From Octopus bimaculoides (lineage: Eukaryota), in assembly GCF_001194135.2 (NCBI RefSeq), contig NC_068990.1, positions 90,960,203 through 90,994,996 on the forward strand: 34,794 nt of DNA. Direction: 5' to 3'. Below are positions 1 through 12,559 of this stretch, piece after piece. Numbering within the stretch: the first letter of the stretch is position 1; each line of letters opens with the position of its first letter. Below the pieces are notes generated by a model that worked only from the letters and a program-made list of their open reading frames with translations, searched no databases and had not been told where the DNA came from. The position numbers were made by a program, and so were the translations under genes.

Positions 1-125
1 CTCAAAGACTAACTTATATTTTGCATTTTCGGCTCCGTTGGTGGCTAATATATATATGTATATAGAATTGAATATTGAGAAAAAAAAATCGTCAGAATTT
101 TGGAAAAAAATCCTTTTATTTCTCC

Positions 126-222
126 ATTATTATTAACGCTTTCGTTCCTCTCTAGAACTTGTCAAAGACAATTTTTTTGTTTTTGACAAGTTCTAGAGAG
201 GAACGAAAGAGCTAATAATAAT
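126..222. repeat. Near-perfect inverted repeat (46-bp arms, 5-nt T loop)
   Basis: 126-171 ATTATTATTAACGCTTTCGTTCCTCTCTAGAACTTGTCAAAGACAA matches the reverse complement of 177-222 with 3 mismatches. Confidence 0.9.
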
Positions 223-454
223 GATGACTTTTATACACACACACATATATACACATACATACATGCATATGCACACATACATACAGGGTGCGGTGAATAT
301 ATTGTCTAAATTACGCAAAAATGAAAATAATACTGACATATCATTTTAACAGATATATTTACCAAAATTACATAAAAATATCTTGAAATACTAAAGAGTA
401 AATTTATTCAATAAAATCCAGAATATAAACCGTTACAAATTGTATGTCGTAGTG

Positions 455-532
455 AATAAAAGTAAAAACATGTAGTTGAAAATCGTCAATAATAAAAGAA
501 CGTTCAAAACCACATTTTGATAAGAATATATT
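455..532 (+). repeat. Dispersed repeat fragment, second copy at 3542-3619
   Basis: Aligned by eye at roughly 80% over 78 bp (TGTAG..GAAA(A)TCGTCA..AATAAAAG...CACATTTTGATAA.AATATATT). Family unknown. Confidence 0.6.
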
Positions 533-646
533 AAAATTGGAATTTATAAGAAGTCTCAAGACAGTGTAGACTTTCATAATTTTTTCTTGTAGTAAAAGTT
601 ACATACAACTAATTAATAATCATCTTTCTTTATTATGATAATATGG

Positions 647-990
647 ATACTGAATTTTTTAAAAAATATCGATTTAGTAACTCTTGACTGGATATTGATA
701 TTTAGGTATCATTGTAGTAAGTATTTATTTAATAAATACTGAATTTTAAAAACTATCGATTTAGTAAATATTGACTTAATAGGTATTAAATTTGTAAATA
801 ACGATACAGTAAACATTGATTTAATTAATACTGAATTTTATAAATAGCGATTTTCTAGCTATTGATTGAATAAGAATAAAGATTTTTTTCAAAATATCGA
901 TTTAGTAAGTATCGATCAACAGTGTTGCAAATATCGATTATTGATCTAATTGGTGATTTAAAAGTATTGAATTTTTAAATATCGATTTAA
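647..990. repeat. Degenerate ~90-bp AT-rich tandem repeat
   Basis: ATACTGAATTTT recurs at 647, 736 and 828 (variant near 965), each followed by an (A/T)ATCGATTTAGTAA-like motif. Confidence 0.65.
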
Positions 991-1588
991 TGAAAAATCA
1001 AATTTAAAAAAAAACTTAAACTATCTCGTATTAGAGTATTTTTTTGGTCGCCCCTTTTTTACATAGTTAAATTGATTTGCGATACATTCTTAGCTGCTAT
1101 TTCTAGCAAGAGGAGCGGCTACACAAAGGCTCTGTCTTGGCTTTGAGATGTTCACCTTATTCTTTTGGTTGCTTAGTTCCAGATTATTCCTGATCGAATA
1201 ATCCAGTTAATCCAGTGATAAAAGAGGCCTTCCAGCTATGGCTACCTTAGTTTTTCTGCTTTATTTTGTTTCGGTTTTTTTTTTCTGCGAATGTTCACGA
1301 AACCCAGGACCAACATCATCCATTTTTAAGACACGAGAATGATGTAACAGGAGAGAGATTTACCATCTATCTCTAGCAAAATGCTAAACGTTGGTCTCAA
1401 GACGGCGAATGAGCGAAGTCATTAGGGCGTCGGGCACAATGCTTTGTGCCGGTTTTCAGCACTTTGATTTTAAATCCCTGTAGTGAAACTACCTACCGCC
1501 ATTAGATACAAAACTACTATCGCCATTACATACAATCTTCTCATTTAAATATAAATAAATGCGAGCGTAGTAGAGAACCCATACCTTG

Positions 1589-1715
1589 TCATCACGTGAC
1601 TGATCATTATTCGAATCGGCAACTTCTTCGAACCGTTCCCGCCAGAACGCAAACTGACCAATCACGGCCCCTAATAAGGTCACGTGATAGAGTATATTTC
1701 TACCATCTGGTGAGC
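1589..1715 (+). promoter_or_regulatory. Candidate Pol II promoter (two E-boxes, E2F-like site, CCAAT box) followed by a splice donor
   Basis: TCACGTGA at 1592-1599 and 1680-1687, TTCCCGCC at 1636-1643, CCAATCA at 1658-1664, locally CpG-rich, and CTG|GTGAGC donor at 1710 just before an assembly gap. Confidence 0.45.
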
Positions 1716-1718
1716 CAA

Positions 1719-2174
1719 NNNNNNNNNNNNNNNNNNNNNNNNNNNNNNNNNNNNNNNNNNNNNNNNNNNNNNNNNNNNNNNNNNNNNNNNNNNNNNNNNN
1801 NNNNNNNNNNNNNNNNNNNNNNNNNNNNNNNNNNNNNNNNNNNNNNNNNNNNNNNNNNNNNNNNNNNNNNNNNNNNNNNNNNNNNNNNNNNNNNNNNNNN
1901 NNNNNNNNNNNNNNNNNNNNNNNNNNNNNNNNNNNNNNNNNNNNNNNNNNNNNNNNNNNNNNNNNNNNNNNNNNNNNNNNNNNNNNNNNNNNNNNNNNNN
2001 NNNNNNNNNNNNNNNNNNNNNNNNNNNNNNNNNNNNNNNNNNNNNNNNNNNNNNNNNNNNNNNNNNNNNNNNNNNNNNNNNNNNNNNNNNNNNNNNNNNN
2101 NNNNNNNNNNNNNNNNNNNNNNNNNNNNNNNNNNNNNNNNNNNNNNNNNNNNNNNNNNNNNNNNNNNNNNNNNN
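1719..2174. other. Assembly gap (first of many N runs, most flanked by microsatellites)
   Basis: Run of N. Other large gaps lie near 7.1, 8.1-8.6, 11.2-11.5, 13.4-13.6, 17.5-17.8 and 33.3-33.6 kb. Confidence 1.
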
Positions 2175-2677
2175 CACTGCCACACTCAGCCTCTCCTCAC
2201 TTTCACATACAGAACTTTTCCTATAGTGTACTAACGATCTGGTATAATTGCTCACGTGTTATTGACTCTCTTTCTATCTGCTGTAAACACTCATACACAC
2301 ATGTATCACTCACATACACACTTTTCTTTGTATGACGGCCTGTCTTTGATTATGTTCTTATATGTCGCATTCACACTCTCACACAGACATACATCTTTAA
2401 CGCCATAATAAATATCTCTGTTATTCATCTTATACGGTTGTGGTCTTTCATTACTGGTCATCTATGTTATCGTCGCATAACATATCATGTATATCATCAC
2501 ATTTGATATATCTATTTTGTGTTCGACCGTGTGACTCGTTTAAATAAAAGGAGTCCTGTTTTTCCATTCGTCACCATTTCTCCTTTTTGAGTTCGCACGG
2601 TCGTCCCTTACATCCCAATGTATCCCTATCTAAAATGGCACGGTGTGATTCGAGGCACATTTCACTTCTATTTGTAG

Positions 2678-2723
2678 CAAATTGATCAGCCACGTATAAG
2701 CTCAAGATATCCTTGTTGTTTAC
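2678..2723 (+). CDS. Candidate small exon (QIDQPRISSRYPCCL), product unknown
   Basis: Acceptor TTCACTTCTATTTGTAG and donor TAC|GTAAGG. The phase is compatible with the candidate exon at 3085. No homology recognised. Confidence 0.2.
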
Positions 2724-3084
2724 GTAAGGCGAGGACATCTTGATTTCCGGCCATGCTACGGTCTTCACCTGTCAGTGAAGACCAACGTGAATTGTTTTCG
2801 TTTATCACAAATATACATCTTACATTTAAAAACATGTCTATTCTTGTCATAACTCAACAACAGTTCCGAACTGTTGATAGAGATGGCCTCTCCCTCTCTC
2901 TCTTTCTGTCTTTCCTTCTTTCTCTCTCCCTCCCTTCCTCTCTCTCTAATAAAACAGATATAAAACAACCGGTAACTGTGTATGTGTTATTGTGTCTGTA
3001 TGTATGATTATTAATAAGTCTGTATATTTGTGTATGTGTAAGTATATTAAAATACAAATGCATTATTTGACAGAATCCTTACAG

Positions 3085-3146
3085 TGATGGACATAATACC
3101 TGACGCCAGTTATTCCGGTTCTTTACCAAATGAATTAGAATCTAGC
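3085..3146 (+). CDS. Candidate exon (MDIIPDASYSGSLPNELESS), product unknown
   Basis: Acceptor CCTTACAG and consensus donor GTAAGT at 3147. A 94-nt intron ends in TTTTTCTCTCCAG at 3240, in phase with the next candidate. Confidence 0.3.
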
Positions 3147-3240
3147 GTAAGTCCACTGAGGTCAAAAGAAAAAGAGGAAAAGAAACGGAAAGAAAAGGAA
3201 AATATGAACCCAGAGCTGGTACAGCTCTTTTTCTCTCCAG

Positions 3241-3345
3241 CTGTCATATCCTGGATGTTTCACTAGGACAAAGATAGGAGAACCAAGGCGATGTCTATGC
3301 CTGCTCGGGACTACAAAGGCACCTGAAACAATTAACGAAAGCATG
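3241..3345 (+). CDS. Candidate exon (LSYPGCFTRTKIGEPRRCLCLLGTTKAPETINESM), product unknown
   Basis: Strong acceptor; only the phase-0 frame is open; weak donor ATG|GTATAT. A competing minus-strand exon reading exists. Confidence 0.3.
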
Positions 3346-3384
3346 GTATATGCACTACCACTTATACTTGGTTAAAGATAAAAG

Positions 3385-3540
3385 TAGGTGACGGATTAAT
3401 CGTTTGAGAGTCGGGCTAAATGACTTGTAGTATTTATTCCAGTTATTTACTAATATTTCAAATCTCACCAAAGACATCCGTTTTACCCGAATCATTAAAA
3501 TAAAGTACCAGTGAACTGCTGAGGTCGATGGTATCGCCTA
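3385..3540 (+). mobile_element. Highly degenerate SINE family A copy
   Basis: Residual similarity to 20376-20601 (AATCGTT...AAATG...TCAAAT...AAAGTACCAGT...GGTCGAT). Confidence 0.45.
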
Positions 3541-3774
3541 AAATAAAAATAAAAGCGTGTAGCCGAAATCGTCAGCAATAAAAGGATTTTAAAAAAGCAC
3601 ATTTTGATAAAAATATATTGTATAAGCTTTGTTGTGTTAAGTACCGGTTGTCACAAAAGTATTAAAATATATATTACACATTCTTTGATAATAAGAAAAT
3701 GTTAAAAACAGTTTACAAGAGAGTATTCAACAAAAAGTATTAGGAGTTCAATAAAAATCATGTTTGTTTGGTAG

Positions 3775-3808
<34 letters not shown>

Positions 3809-4256
3809 AGGAGATATATTTAAGAATTTACAAAAAATCGGAGAGGAACCACGACCTGTCTTTTTAACATGTTTTCTCTCTTGTGTGTGGCTAGGGAATG
3901 TTTGCTATTTTAAGGGACAGTGTGGGAGGCTGGTTGGGGTGGGGGAAGGAAGATTTTTTTGTTTCTGGGCTAGTCTGTCATGGTTCAGTGGTTTGTGGGA
4001 CTGGTCTTAGAGGTCAGAATGGTGTGAGTGTGTTTGTCTCTGTGCACGTCACTATGTGTGTGTGTGTATATACATGTGTGTGTGTTTGTGTGTGTAGGCC
4101 GTTTTTGATTGGTCCCAGAGTTTATTGTGGCGTGTGTCTATGGGTCTGTGTGTTTTATATTTGGTAGGATGGTGTGCACGTTTGTGTGTTTGTATGTGTG
4201 TGATTAATATTTATTAGGGTGTTGTGTGTGCGTATGTGTTTGTTCACGTGTGTGTA

Positions 4257-4514
4257 TGTGTGCATCTGTGGGTGCGTGTGTATGTATGTTTGTGTGTTTT
4301 GTGTTGGTGGGGATGTTATGTGTGTGTACGTGAGTGTGTGTATGTGAGTGTGTGTGTGTGTCTCTGTCTGAGTATGTTTGTGTTGTTTTAATTGTCCTTG
4401 TGGTGTGTATGTGTGTGTGAGCAATATGTATGTGTGAGGGTGCATATGTGTTTGTGCGTCTGTGTGTGTGCGTGTATGTTTGTGTGTTTTGTGTTGGTGG
4501 GGATATTATGTGTT
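4257..4514. repeat. GT-rich low-complexity tract with a block duplicated ~190 bp apart
   Basis: GTATGTTTGTGTGTTTTGTGTTGGTGGGGAT(G/A)TTATGTGT at 4284 and 4474. Confidence 0.75.
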
Positions 4515-4558
4515 AGTATACAACTTTCTCCCACTCTTTCTTCCCCCCTCTCTCTCTT

Positions 4559-4662
<104 letters not shown>

Positions 4663-4679
4663 GTACTTGTATTTCAAAG

Positions 4680-4839
4680 AAGCCAGCCTTGTCACACTCT
4701 GTGTCACACTGTATATCTCCGAGAACTACATTAAGGGTACACGTGTCTGCGGAGTGCTCAACCACTTGCACGTTAATTTCACGAGCAGGCTGTTCCGTCG
4801 ATCGGATCAACTGGAACCCTCGTCGTCGCAACCGACGGA
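4680..4839 (+). CDS. Candidate exon: GC-richer unique island after a long (CT)n tract, frame and strand unresolved
   Basis: Acceptor TTGTATTTCAAAG after (CT)n and donor GA|GTACGT at 4840. Two + frames and one - frame are open. No recognisable domain. Confidence 0.3.
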
Positions 4840-5043
4840 GTACGTCATAAATAGACTAAACTTAGACTTGATTGAGAAAAATAACAAACCACCACAAGAA
4901 TAGCTACAACAACAGCAACAATAACAGCCCGCCATGCATGAAATAAGTCAAATACATCATAGATCTATTGTAATATTTTTCTATATTCTATATTCTATTT
5001 CCTTTACTGCAGGTCACCCTCCCTCCCTTCTTTCTCTCTCTCA

Positions 5044-5161
<118 letters not shown>

Positions 5162-5301
5162 GTCTCTATTTATCTATCTTTATCTGTTTATTTATTTACC
5201 TGTCAATCTGTCTTTCTGTCGGTCTGTTAGCCTTTCTGTCTATACATGTAGGTGTGCATTATACAATCTATCAATCAATTAATCTGTCTCTCTCTCTCTC
5301 T

Positions 5302-5355
<54 letters not shown>

Positions 5356-5548
5356 GTCTGTCTGTCTGTCTGTCTATCTACCTGTCTATCTACCTGTCTG
5401 TCGATCGATCTGCTATTCCATACACATATGCATTTCCTTCTCTCTATCTCTCTCAATATCTCTTTGTCTATCTCTATTTTTCTATCTATCTGTCTGTCTA
5501 CCATTCCATATATGTATGCGTCTCTCCCTTCACCTCTCTCTCCCTTCA

Positions 5549-5601
<53 letters not shown>

Positions 5602-5638
5602 NNNNNNNNNNNNNNNNNNNNNNNNNNNNNNNNNNNNN

Positions 5639-5680
<42 letters not shown>

Positions 5681-6334
5681 AATGTCTTGTTCTGTTTTAT
5701 TCCTTCTGTCTTATATAACTCCACTCATCCCCCACCACACCCAATGCTTTATGACAATATCAGATCGACTCTTGGTGTTTCACTTTCCTACTGTTCAAGA
5801 CTGCTGAACAGACAGACAATAAGATTTATAAATAGATAAACACGTGTGCGCCCGCGCACACCGCCCACACACATTTATGGATGTATGAAAACATATCGAC
5901 TTGAACATATAAACACACACGCACACCACTGTATGTGCGTATGTATGTATGTATGTATGTATGTATGTATGTATGTGTGTATGTATGTATGTATGTATGT
6001 ATGTATGTATGTATGTCATTCTTCAATTTTATTTCTAGACCCAAGGCTCCTTCATTGGTATTTGAACATCAACATGTATGTATACATATATGTGCAGCTT
6101 TGTATGTTTGCTTTATGTATGTATTCTCATGCCTATAGTTACATATCTAGACATGTTCATATATATTTAATGGATAAACTTCTGGGAAGTTTTACAGATT
6201 TTTACAATTCCAGTGATGGATTGGATCTGTAGCCTTCGAATCAGTTTTCTCCTTTCTGGTATCGCTGTAATCGACCAATCCTTCATCCAAGATTTCAGGC
6301 TTTTACTAGAAAATATTATTTGCGAGAAAGCTAA

Positions 6335-6640
6335 GACAACGAGTTAGAAGAATCGTTTGCACGCCGGACAAAATGTTTGGCGTTATTTAGTTCGTCATTA
6401 CATTCTGATGTCGCCGAGGTCGACTTTACCGTTCATCCTTTTTCGAACCGATAAAATAAACCCCAGTTGAACCCGGGGGTAAATGTAGTCTACTACCCTC
6501 ACTCGTGCAGTTGTTAAAATATGAAAGAATTATTTGAAAGAAAGCTGAAGCGGCGAGCTGGTAGAATCGTTAGTACATCGGACAAAATGTCCGGCAGCAT
6601 TTCGTCCGTCTTTAGTTATCAGTTCAAATTCCTTTCATTC
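6335..6640 (+). mobile_element. Two degenerate SINE family A copies (6335-6500 and 6550-6640)
   Basis: GGCGAGCTGG.AGAATCGTTAG...GGACAAAATG...GCCGAGGTCGACTTT...TCATCCTTT motifs shared with 20376-20601. Confidence 0.75.
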
Positions 6641-6860
6641 TTTCAAAATCGATGAATTAAGAATCCGTCAGTTGCTGAGACCGGTGTAATTGACAAGCGT
6701 CCCTCAATATTTCAGACCTTGTTCCTATAGTGGAACGGATTATTTGAAAGAAAGCTAAATACGTCTGTTGAGAGTGTATACATAAGTTTTGTAATGAGTT
6801 GTAATATCAATACATACATACATACATACAAACATACGTACATATATGTAGTGGGGGTAA

Positions 6861-6930
6861 AAGCACTTAGTCTAGTGATTAGAATGTTGCACTCGTGATC
6901 TTGCAATCGCAGTTTCAATTCCAAGTCTAG
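6861..6930 (+). mobile_element. Degenerate tRNA-like SINE head (family C-like)
   Basis: AGTGATTAG...CTCG.GATC...ATCGCAGTTTCAATTCC resembles the head at 23047-23160. Confidence 0.4.
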
Positions 6931-6970
6931 CAATAGAATTTCATATATATATATATATACACACACACAC

Positions 6971-7005
<35 letters not shown>

Positions 7006-7042
7006 CACGCACACATATATATATACATATATATATATGTAT

Positions 7043-7079
<37 letters not shown>

Positions 7080-7256
7080 TATACATACATATATATATAN
7101 NNNNNNNNNNNNNNNNNNNNNNNNNNNNNNNNNNNNNNNNNNNNNNNNNNNNNNNNNNNNNNNNNNNNNNNNNNNNNNNNNNNNNNNNNNNNNNNNNNNN
7201 NNNNNNNNNNNNNNNNNNNNNNNNNNNNNNNNNNNNNNNNNNNNNNNNNNNNNNNN

Positions 7257-7314
<58 letters not shown>

Positions 7315-7498
7315 CATGTATGTATAAAGTGATGGGAATTCATGAAACATGCTCTCTGCGATTACGATGTGTGGTTGTGTTTATCCAGTTGGATGAATTC
7401 GAACAAAGAATTTCTAGTTTCACTAGTTTTAACATGATCTTGATCTTCACTGACGTCACTAAAATTCATATGTGTGTATATGAGTGCATAGGTGTATG

Positions 7499-7543
<45 letters not shown>

Positions 7544-7929
7544 TGTGTAGGTATGTATATATGTATGAACGTAAACATGTATGCGTGAGTGAAACCGGTT
7601 GACTGAATAGGTAAGCATAAAATTGACTAATGCGATTATTCATTCACTGTTAAAAACGTGCAGGCAATAAAATAACTGTTTTCTAAAATTACATGTCGCA
7701 CAATTGCTGTCAATGCAAGCGTTTTGTGAGTGTGTGAGGTTTTTACATATTCTCATACAATGGATAGTGTTTACAATAGCAAACTAGAGTTAGATATTGC
7801 GGTTAGCCTTCGTTTATATTTTGCGTCACCATAACCGTTGTCCAAAATTATTGCCGTCTCATTTAATCTTAAAAAGATGATATCCAGTTTCGGTGTTGGA
7901 AATGCTTTGTCTTTCAACCACCGATTGAC

Positions 7930-8030
7930 ACTCAGTGCTGGTTCGTTTACATCACCGTAACATAGCGGTTCAGCAAAAGAATCGATAAAATAGGTACCCG
8001 CTTAAGAAATAAGTACAGAGGTGAATTTGT
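7930..8030 (+). mobile_element. Isolated 3' tail module of SINE family B (similar fragments near 9975-10040, 14205-14350 and 27460-27550 on -)
   Basis: GCTGGT..GTTTAC.TC.CCGTAAC.TAGCGGTTC.GCAAAAGA..CGATA.AATA.GTAC matches the tail of the full-length element at 24339-24791. Confidence 0.6.
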
Positions 8031-8066
8031 ATGCCGAGGACAACATCTTTTCAAGACGATGCCTAT

Positions 8067-8099
<33 letters not shown>

Positions 8100-8604
8100 N
8101 NNNNNNNNNNNNNNNNNNNNNNNNNNNNNNNNNNNNNNNNNNNNNNNNNNNNNNNNNNNNNNNNNNNNNNNNNNNNNNNNNNNNNNNNNNNNNNNNNNNN
8201 NNNNNNNNNNNNNNNNNNNNNNNNNNNNNNNNNNNNNNNNNNNNNNNNNNNNNNNNNNNNNNNNNNNNNNNNNNNNNNNNNNNNNNNNNNNNNNNNNNNN
8301 NNNNNNNNNNNNNNNNNNNNNNNNNNNNNNNNNNNNNNNNNNNNNNNNNNNNNNNNNNNNNNNNNNNNNNNNNNNNNNNNNNNNNNNNNNNNNNNNNNNN
8401 NNNNNNNNNNNNNNNNNNNNNNNNNNNNNNNNNNNNNNNNNNNNNNNNNNNNNNNNNNNNNNNNNNNNNNNNNNNNNNNNNNNNNNNNNNNNNNNNNNNN
8501 NNNNNNNNNNNNNNNNNNNNNNNNNNNNNNNNNNNNNNNNNNNNNNNNNNNNNNNNNNNNNNNNNNNNNNNNNNNNNNNNNNNNNNNNNNNNNNNNNNNN
8601 NNNN

Positions 8605-8642
<38 letters not shown>

Positions 8643-9400
8643 CTAATAATATGTGAGTATATTACATCTACATGTATATATAGATGCATATCTGGGTACA
8701 GGACGTCACGAAAAAACGTGGACAAAATGAAAAACAACATAAACAGAGCACAGAAAACACGCAGGCCACATAGAGAACATTTCCTTCATCAGCTGCCACC
8801 AGTCTAAAACTAAGCGTTTATATATATATATATGCGATGGGCTTCCCACATGATTTACTCATGTGGCAATGGTCAGCTTAGCGATTCGATAATTACGGAA
8901 TCCAAAGGAAAACAGGTTTATCGGTAAAACAATGTATCTTGCCTCCATTTTTGTCTTGCACGTCTGTTTTCTGTGCATTACTCTTTCTGTATGTATGTAT
9001 GTATGTATGCATATATGTATGTATGTATATGTGATTGCGTGTATGTAATGTGTATGTACGTGTGTATATAATAAGTACATATCCGGAAGATTATGGAAAA
9101 CAACCGCTAATGTCTTCTTATTGTTTTGTTTCTTCTCCCACTGACACAATTATCCTGAGTCTCTTTGTTGACAATATCACACTACTTCACACGAGGACCA
9201 GTTAAGATCCTTTAAACACAGCACAACCATTGTGCTCACCCCAGCTTTTCCTTTTCCTAATTACAAGAAAAACAAAAAAACAATAAGCGTTGAAAGTGGA
9301 AATTAACAATTTAAAAATTCACTTTCAATCCAGGATTGTCACTCTGGCCAAAATCCACAAGCGGCGACATTAAATATGATTTGCTTATTTTTCTTCTCTC

Positions 9401-9494
<94 letters not shown>

Positions 9495-9572
9495 CCTCCC
9501 TCTCCCTGTCTTTCTCTCTATATATATATATGCATATATGTATATATGTATATGTATGTATATGTATACATG

Positions 9573-9606
<34 letters not shown>

Positions 9607-9629
9607 ACCTCGTGTGCATGGTTGGCGAT

Positions 9630-9800
9630 TATCTTTCTCTGTCTTCCCTTCTTTGGACTTTTCCTATATTTCTGATGAAGAGCTCCGCTCGAAACTTTAA
9701 AAACCTCTTTCTTTTCTTTCCTTTCCTGAGCGTCCAATAACACTGTACTTATTCTACGCCCTTGTGTTGTTGTCTTTTCGTGTTTTTTCTTGCTTGTTTA
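9630..9800 (+). mobile_element. Penelope-like element terminal (pLTR) remnant
   Basis: Hammerhead core followed by TTTCCTTTCCTGAGCGTCCAATAA, a block shared with 17300-17487 on the - strand. Confidence 0.6.
9669..9701 (+). ncRNA. Minimal type I hammerhead ribozyme motif with degenerate stem III
   Basis: TTT-CTGATGA-A-GAGC-TCC-GCTC-GAAA-CTTT-AAA: intact core and 4-bp stem II, 3-bp stem I, but ACTT where the sister copy has palindromic ACGT. Confidence 0.6.
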
Positions 9801-12225
9801 TGTTTGGATTGATTGTATTTATATATACATACATATATACATAAGTATATACATAAGTATATATATAAATATGTGTGTGTGCTTGTATCTGTGTTTGTTC
9901 CGACATCTATTGTTTGATAACCGTTCTTTGTTTGCTTTTGGTGTTGTTGTTGTTATTGTTTTGTTTTTCTTTTTGCGTCCCGGTGACCTAGTATTTCGAG
10001 AAAAGAACCCGATAGAATAAGTACCAGGTTTGTTATCTTTATTTCTTGGTGTCCTAAGCACATACTTCTACGATTTAATGGTCAATCACGACCTCCTTCA
10101 CAAAAGGATTTCCTTAATGAACCCGGATGTAGGTAAAGTACACCTTGACGATAAGTGTGTGTGTGCGCGCGCGCGAGTGTGTGTGTGTAAACAATGTTTT
10201 ATTTTGTTTTGTTTGATTTTTATTCATTTTTATATATTTGTTTGTTATTGACCACTTTATTGTTTTCATTGATGAGAAGATCGTGGGAACTGAGAAGAAA
10301 TGGTATATAACCTCCGGTTTCCATAGAAACGAAAGTGACTGAAGAATAGATCCTATTGTTAGTTTGTTTTGTTTTGATTATTGTTGATGCTGTTGTTTAG
10401 TTGTTTTCCCACCCATTTTTTCTGAACACCCAAAACACTGGGATATTTATTTGGTCCTTTAAAGTAACATTTATAAAAACAAAAACAAAAAAAGCGAAGT
10501 GGCCATAATTAAATTTAAGATTAAAATATTGTCCACCGCCCACTTCAGGACCCTTAACATCTCCTCGGAGTGGGCCGCCTTGAAAACAACTGGTTTAGCT
10601 TGAAATCAGCAATGATCCTGCTGACGTATTATCAAAAGCGTTCCAGCCGTGAACCCCACTCCTCTCTTCTTAAGCGTTATCTAAAACTACATTATCTAAT
10701 ATGTCAATCCCACCTTATTCATGAAAAGAGGATTTGGCTGCGTTTTCTAGCAGATCATGGAGAAGCAGAGCCATGTCCTGTGTGATATCTTACGAGGCTG
10801 TGCTTTGGTGATTGCTGCAAAGGCAGCCAAAACAGCGCCCTTCAACGGTTGGCTATTCTGGTATCGCTGTTGTGAAGCTCTCTCCTAGATAATAGAAAAG
10901 TCTTGGTGACAAGACTTTCGGACCGCTCTTTGGTTACTTGTCCTGTTTGTTGTTTTTAGATTTTAAACACCTGTAGAGGAAGTTCTTACTTGCAAATTGC
11001 TTTGATAATGTTAGTTAGTCGAAGTTTTTATCAATTCACAACATTACATATATAAGACCACCACACCCACCCACCCACCTTATTCGTACTTATGTACATA
11101 CAGAACCCTCCCCCGTCCTGAGGTATTTTTCCCTTAGCGATATTGTGCTATACACATTTACTTCATCCACCGTGTGTGTGTGTGTGTGTGTGNNNNNNNN
11201 NNNNNNNNNNNNNNNNNNNNNNNNNNNNNNNNNNNNNNNNNNNNNNNNNNNNNNNNNNNNNNNNNNNNNNNNNNNNNNNNNNNNNNNNNNNNNNNNNNNN
11301 NNNNNNNNNNNNNNNNNNNNNNNNNNNNNNNNNNNNNNNNNNNNNNNNNNNNNNNNNNNNNNNNNNNNNNNNNNNNNNNNNNNNNNNNNNNNNNNNNNNN
11401 NNNNNNNNNNNNNNNNNNNNNNNNNNNNNNNNNNNNNNNNNNNNNNNNNNNNNNNNNNNNNNNNNNCCGGTTGTTCGTTGTATTTAAAGTGAATTGCCAA
11501 AGTTCATTGCATTTGCAGAGGTGTATTTAACAATATTTAGTAGTTAAAATTTGTCATTATTAGCTCTGGCTAATTCTAGAGGACATTTTATACCATGAAT
11601 CGCAATTTTTGTACTACAAAATTATTAACTATGATGAAAACATCTTTTTTTTTTTTCGTTTTGCATTTCCCATCTGTATCATGCATTAATATTTCATTCG
11701 CATTTGATACTATAAGTTTCAAAAAGAAAACTAATATGTTTATTATTGCAATTGAATAGAAAAGGATAAATATGCTTTTTTTCAGCGATCCTCATTTGGG
11801 ACTTTTCGAAAAATTTATCATAATTTGCAAAATAATTCACATATGAAGAAAATTTAAATACTAGATATTATTTTAACTCCTAAGATACCTGACAAAGCCC
11901 AAAAATATGAATACAAAAATTTGGCAATTAATGAGTTAATGACTAGCTGTAAAATTCAACATAGATACTGAGATGCATCAGAGTAAAACATTAGAAGAGT
12001 AATGAGCGTAATGATAATTAATGAATGTCGTAAGAACAGCAGTTACGTAATCAACTTGATTACCTTACAGCCATATCTGACATGAGAGGTTATACTTGTA
12101 CAACAGCCCCAATTTTTTTTTAATGCCTTCGAGAAGCTATAGGATCTCGCGTAAGCAACCCCTGTTCTTTTGTTAGTCATTTATTAATATTACGCTCTGC
12201 ATTCTCCGAACACTTTGCTCTAAAA

Positions 12226-12425
12226 CAGAGGTCCCCAAACTTTTTAGACCATCGGCCCTTTCGTGAAATCTTTGACACCCTCCTCATAGATCCCCAGGCA
12301 TGTGCAAGAAAGTAATCAAATAGTAATAATAATAATAATTAAGTAGGTGTGCATTTATCGACCCCTTGAATAATAGATCCATTGACACCCCCAGGAATCG
12401 ATATCGATCAGTTTGGTGACCCCTG
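12226..12425. mobile_element. 200-bp hAT (Charlie-type) MITE
   Basis: TIRs CAGAGGTCCCCAAACT and AGTTTGGTGACCCCTG match at 14/16. The left flank CTCTAAAA resembles the NTCTAGAN target preference; the right TSD is degenerate. Confidence 0.75.
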
Positions 12426-12499
12426 CACTCGAAGAGAAGTATTTTGAATTCTGAAATACTAATTATTAATATCGCTATGCGTGAGCAAAATCATAAAAT

Positions 12500-12550
<51 letters not shown>

Positions 12551-12559
12551 NNNNNNNNN

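Noticed and set aside
284-450. TA|CAGGGTGCGG resembling a Tc1/mariner TIR start
   Set aside because: No matching opposite TIR or transposase sequence found nearby.
2229-2386. Perfect TACTAAC branch point followed by ~150 nt without AG
   Set aside because: The whole 2227-2550 region is AG-poor on +, and no convincing exon follows the first AG.
3210-3322. Minus-strand peptide containing KHPGYDSW, reminiscent of trypsin-family HPxY
   Set aside because: No other serine protease motif and no good donor site; kept only as an alternative strand model.
8690-8815. Minus-strand CTGATGAAGGAAA as a hammerhead
   Set aside because: No stem II between CTGATGA and GAAA; probably a Penelope-like 3' remnant related to 14925-15060.
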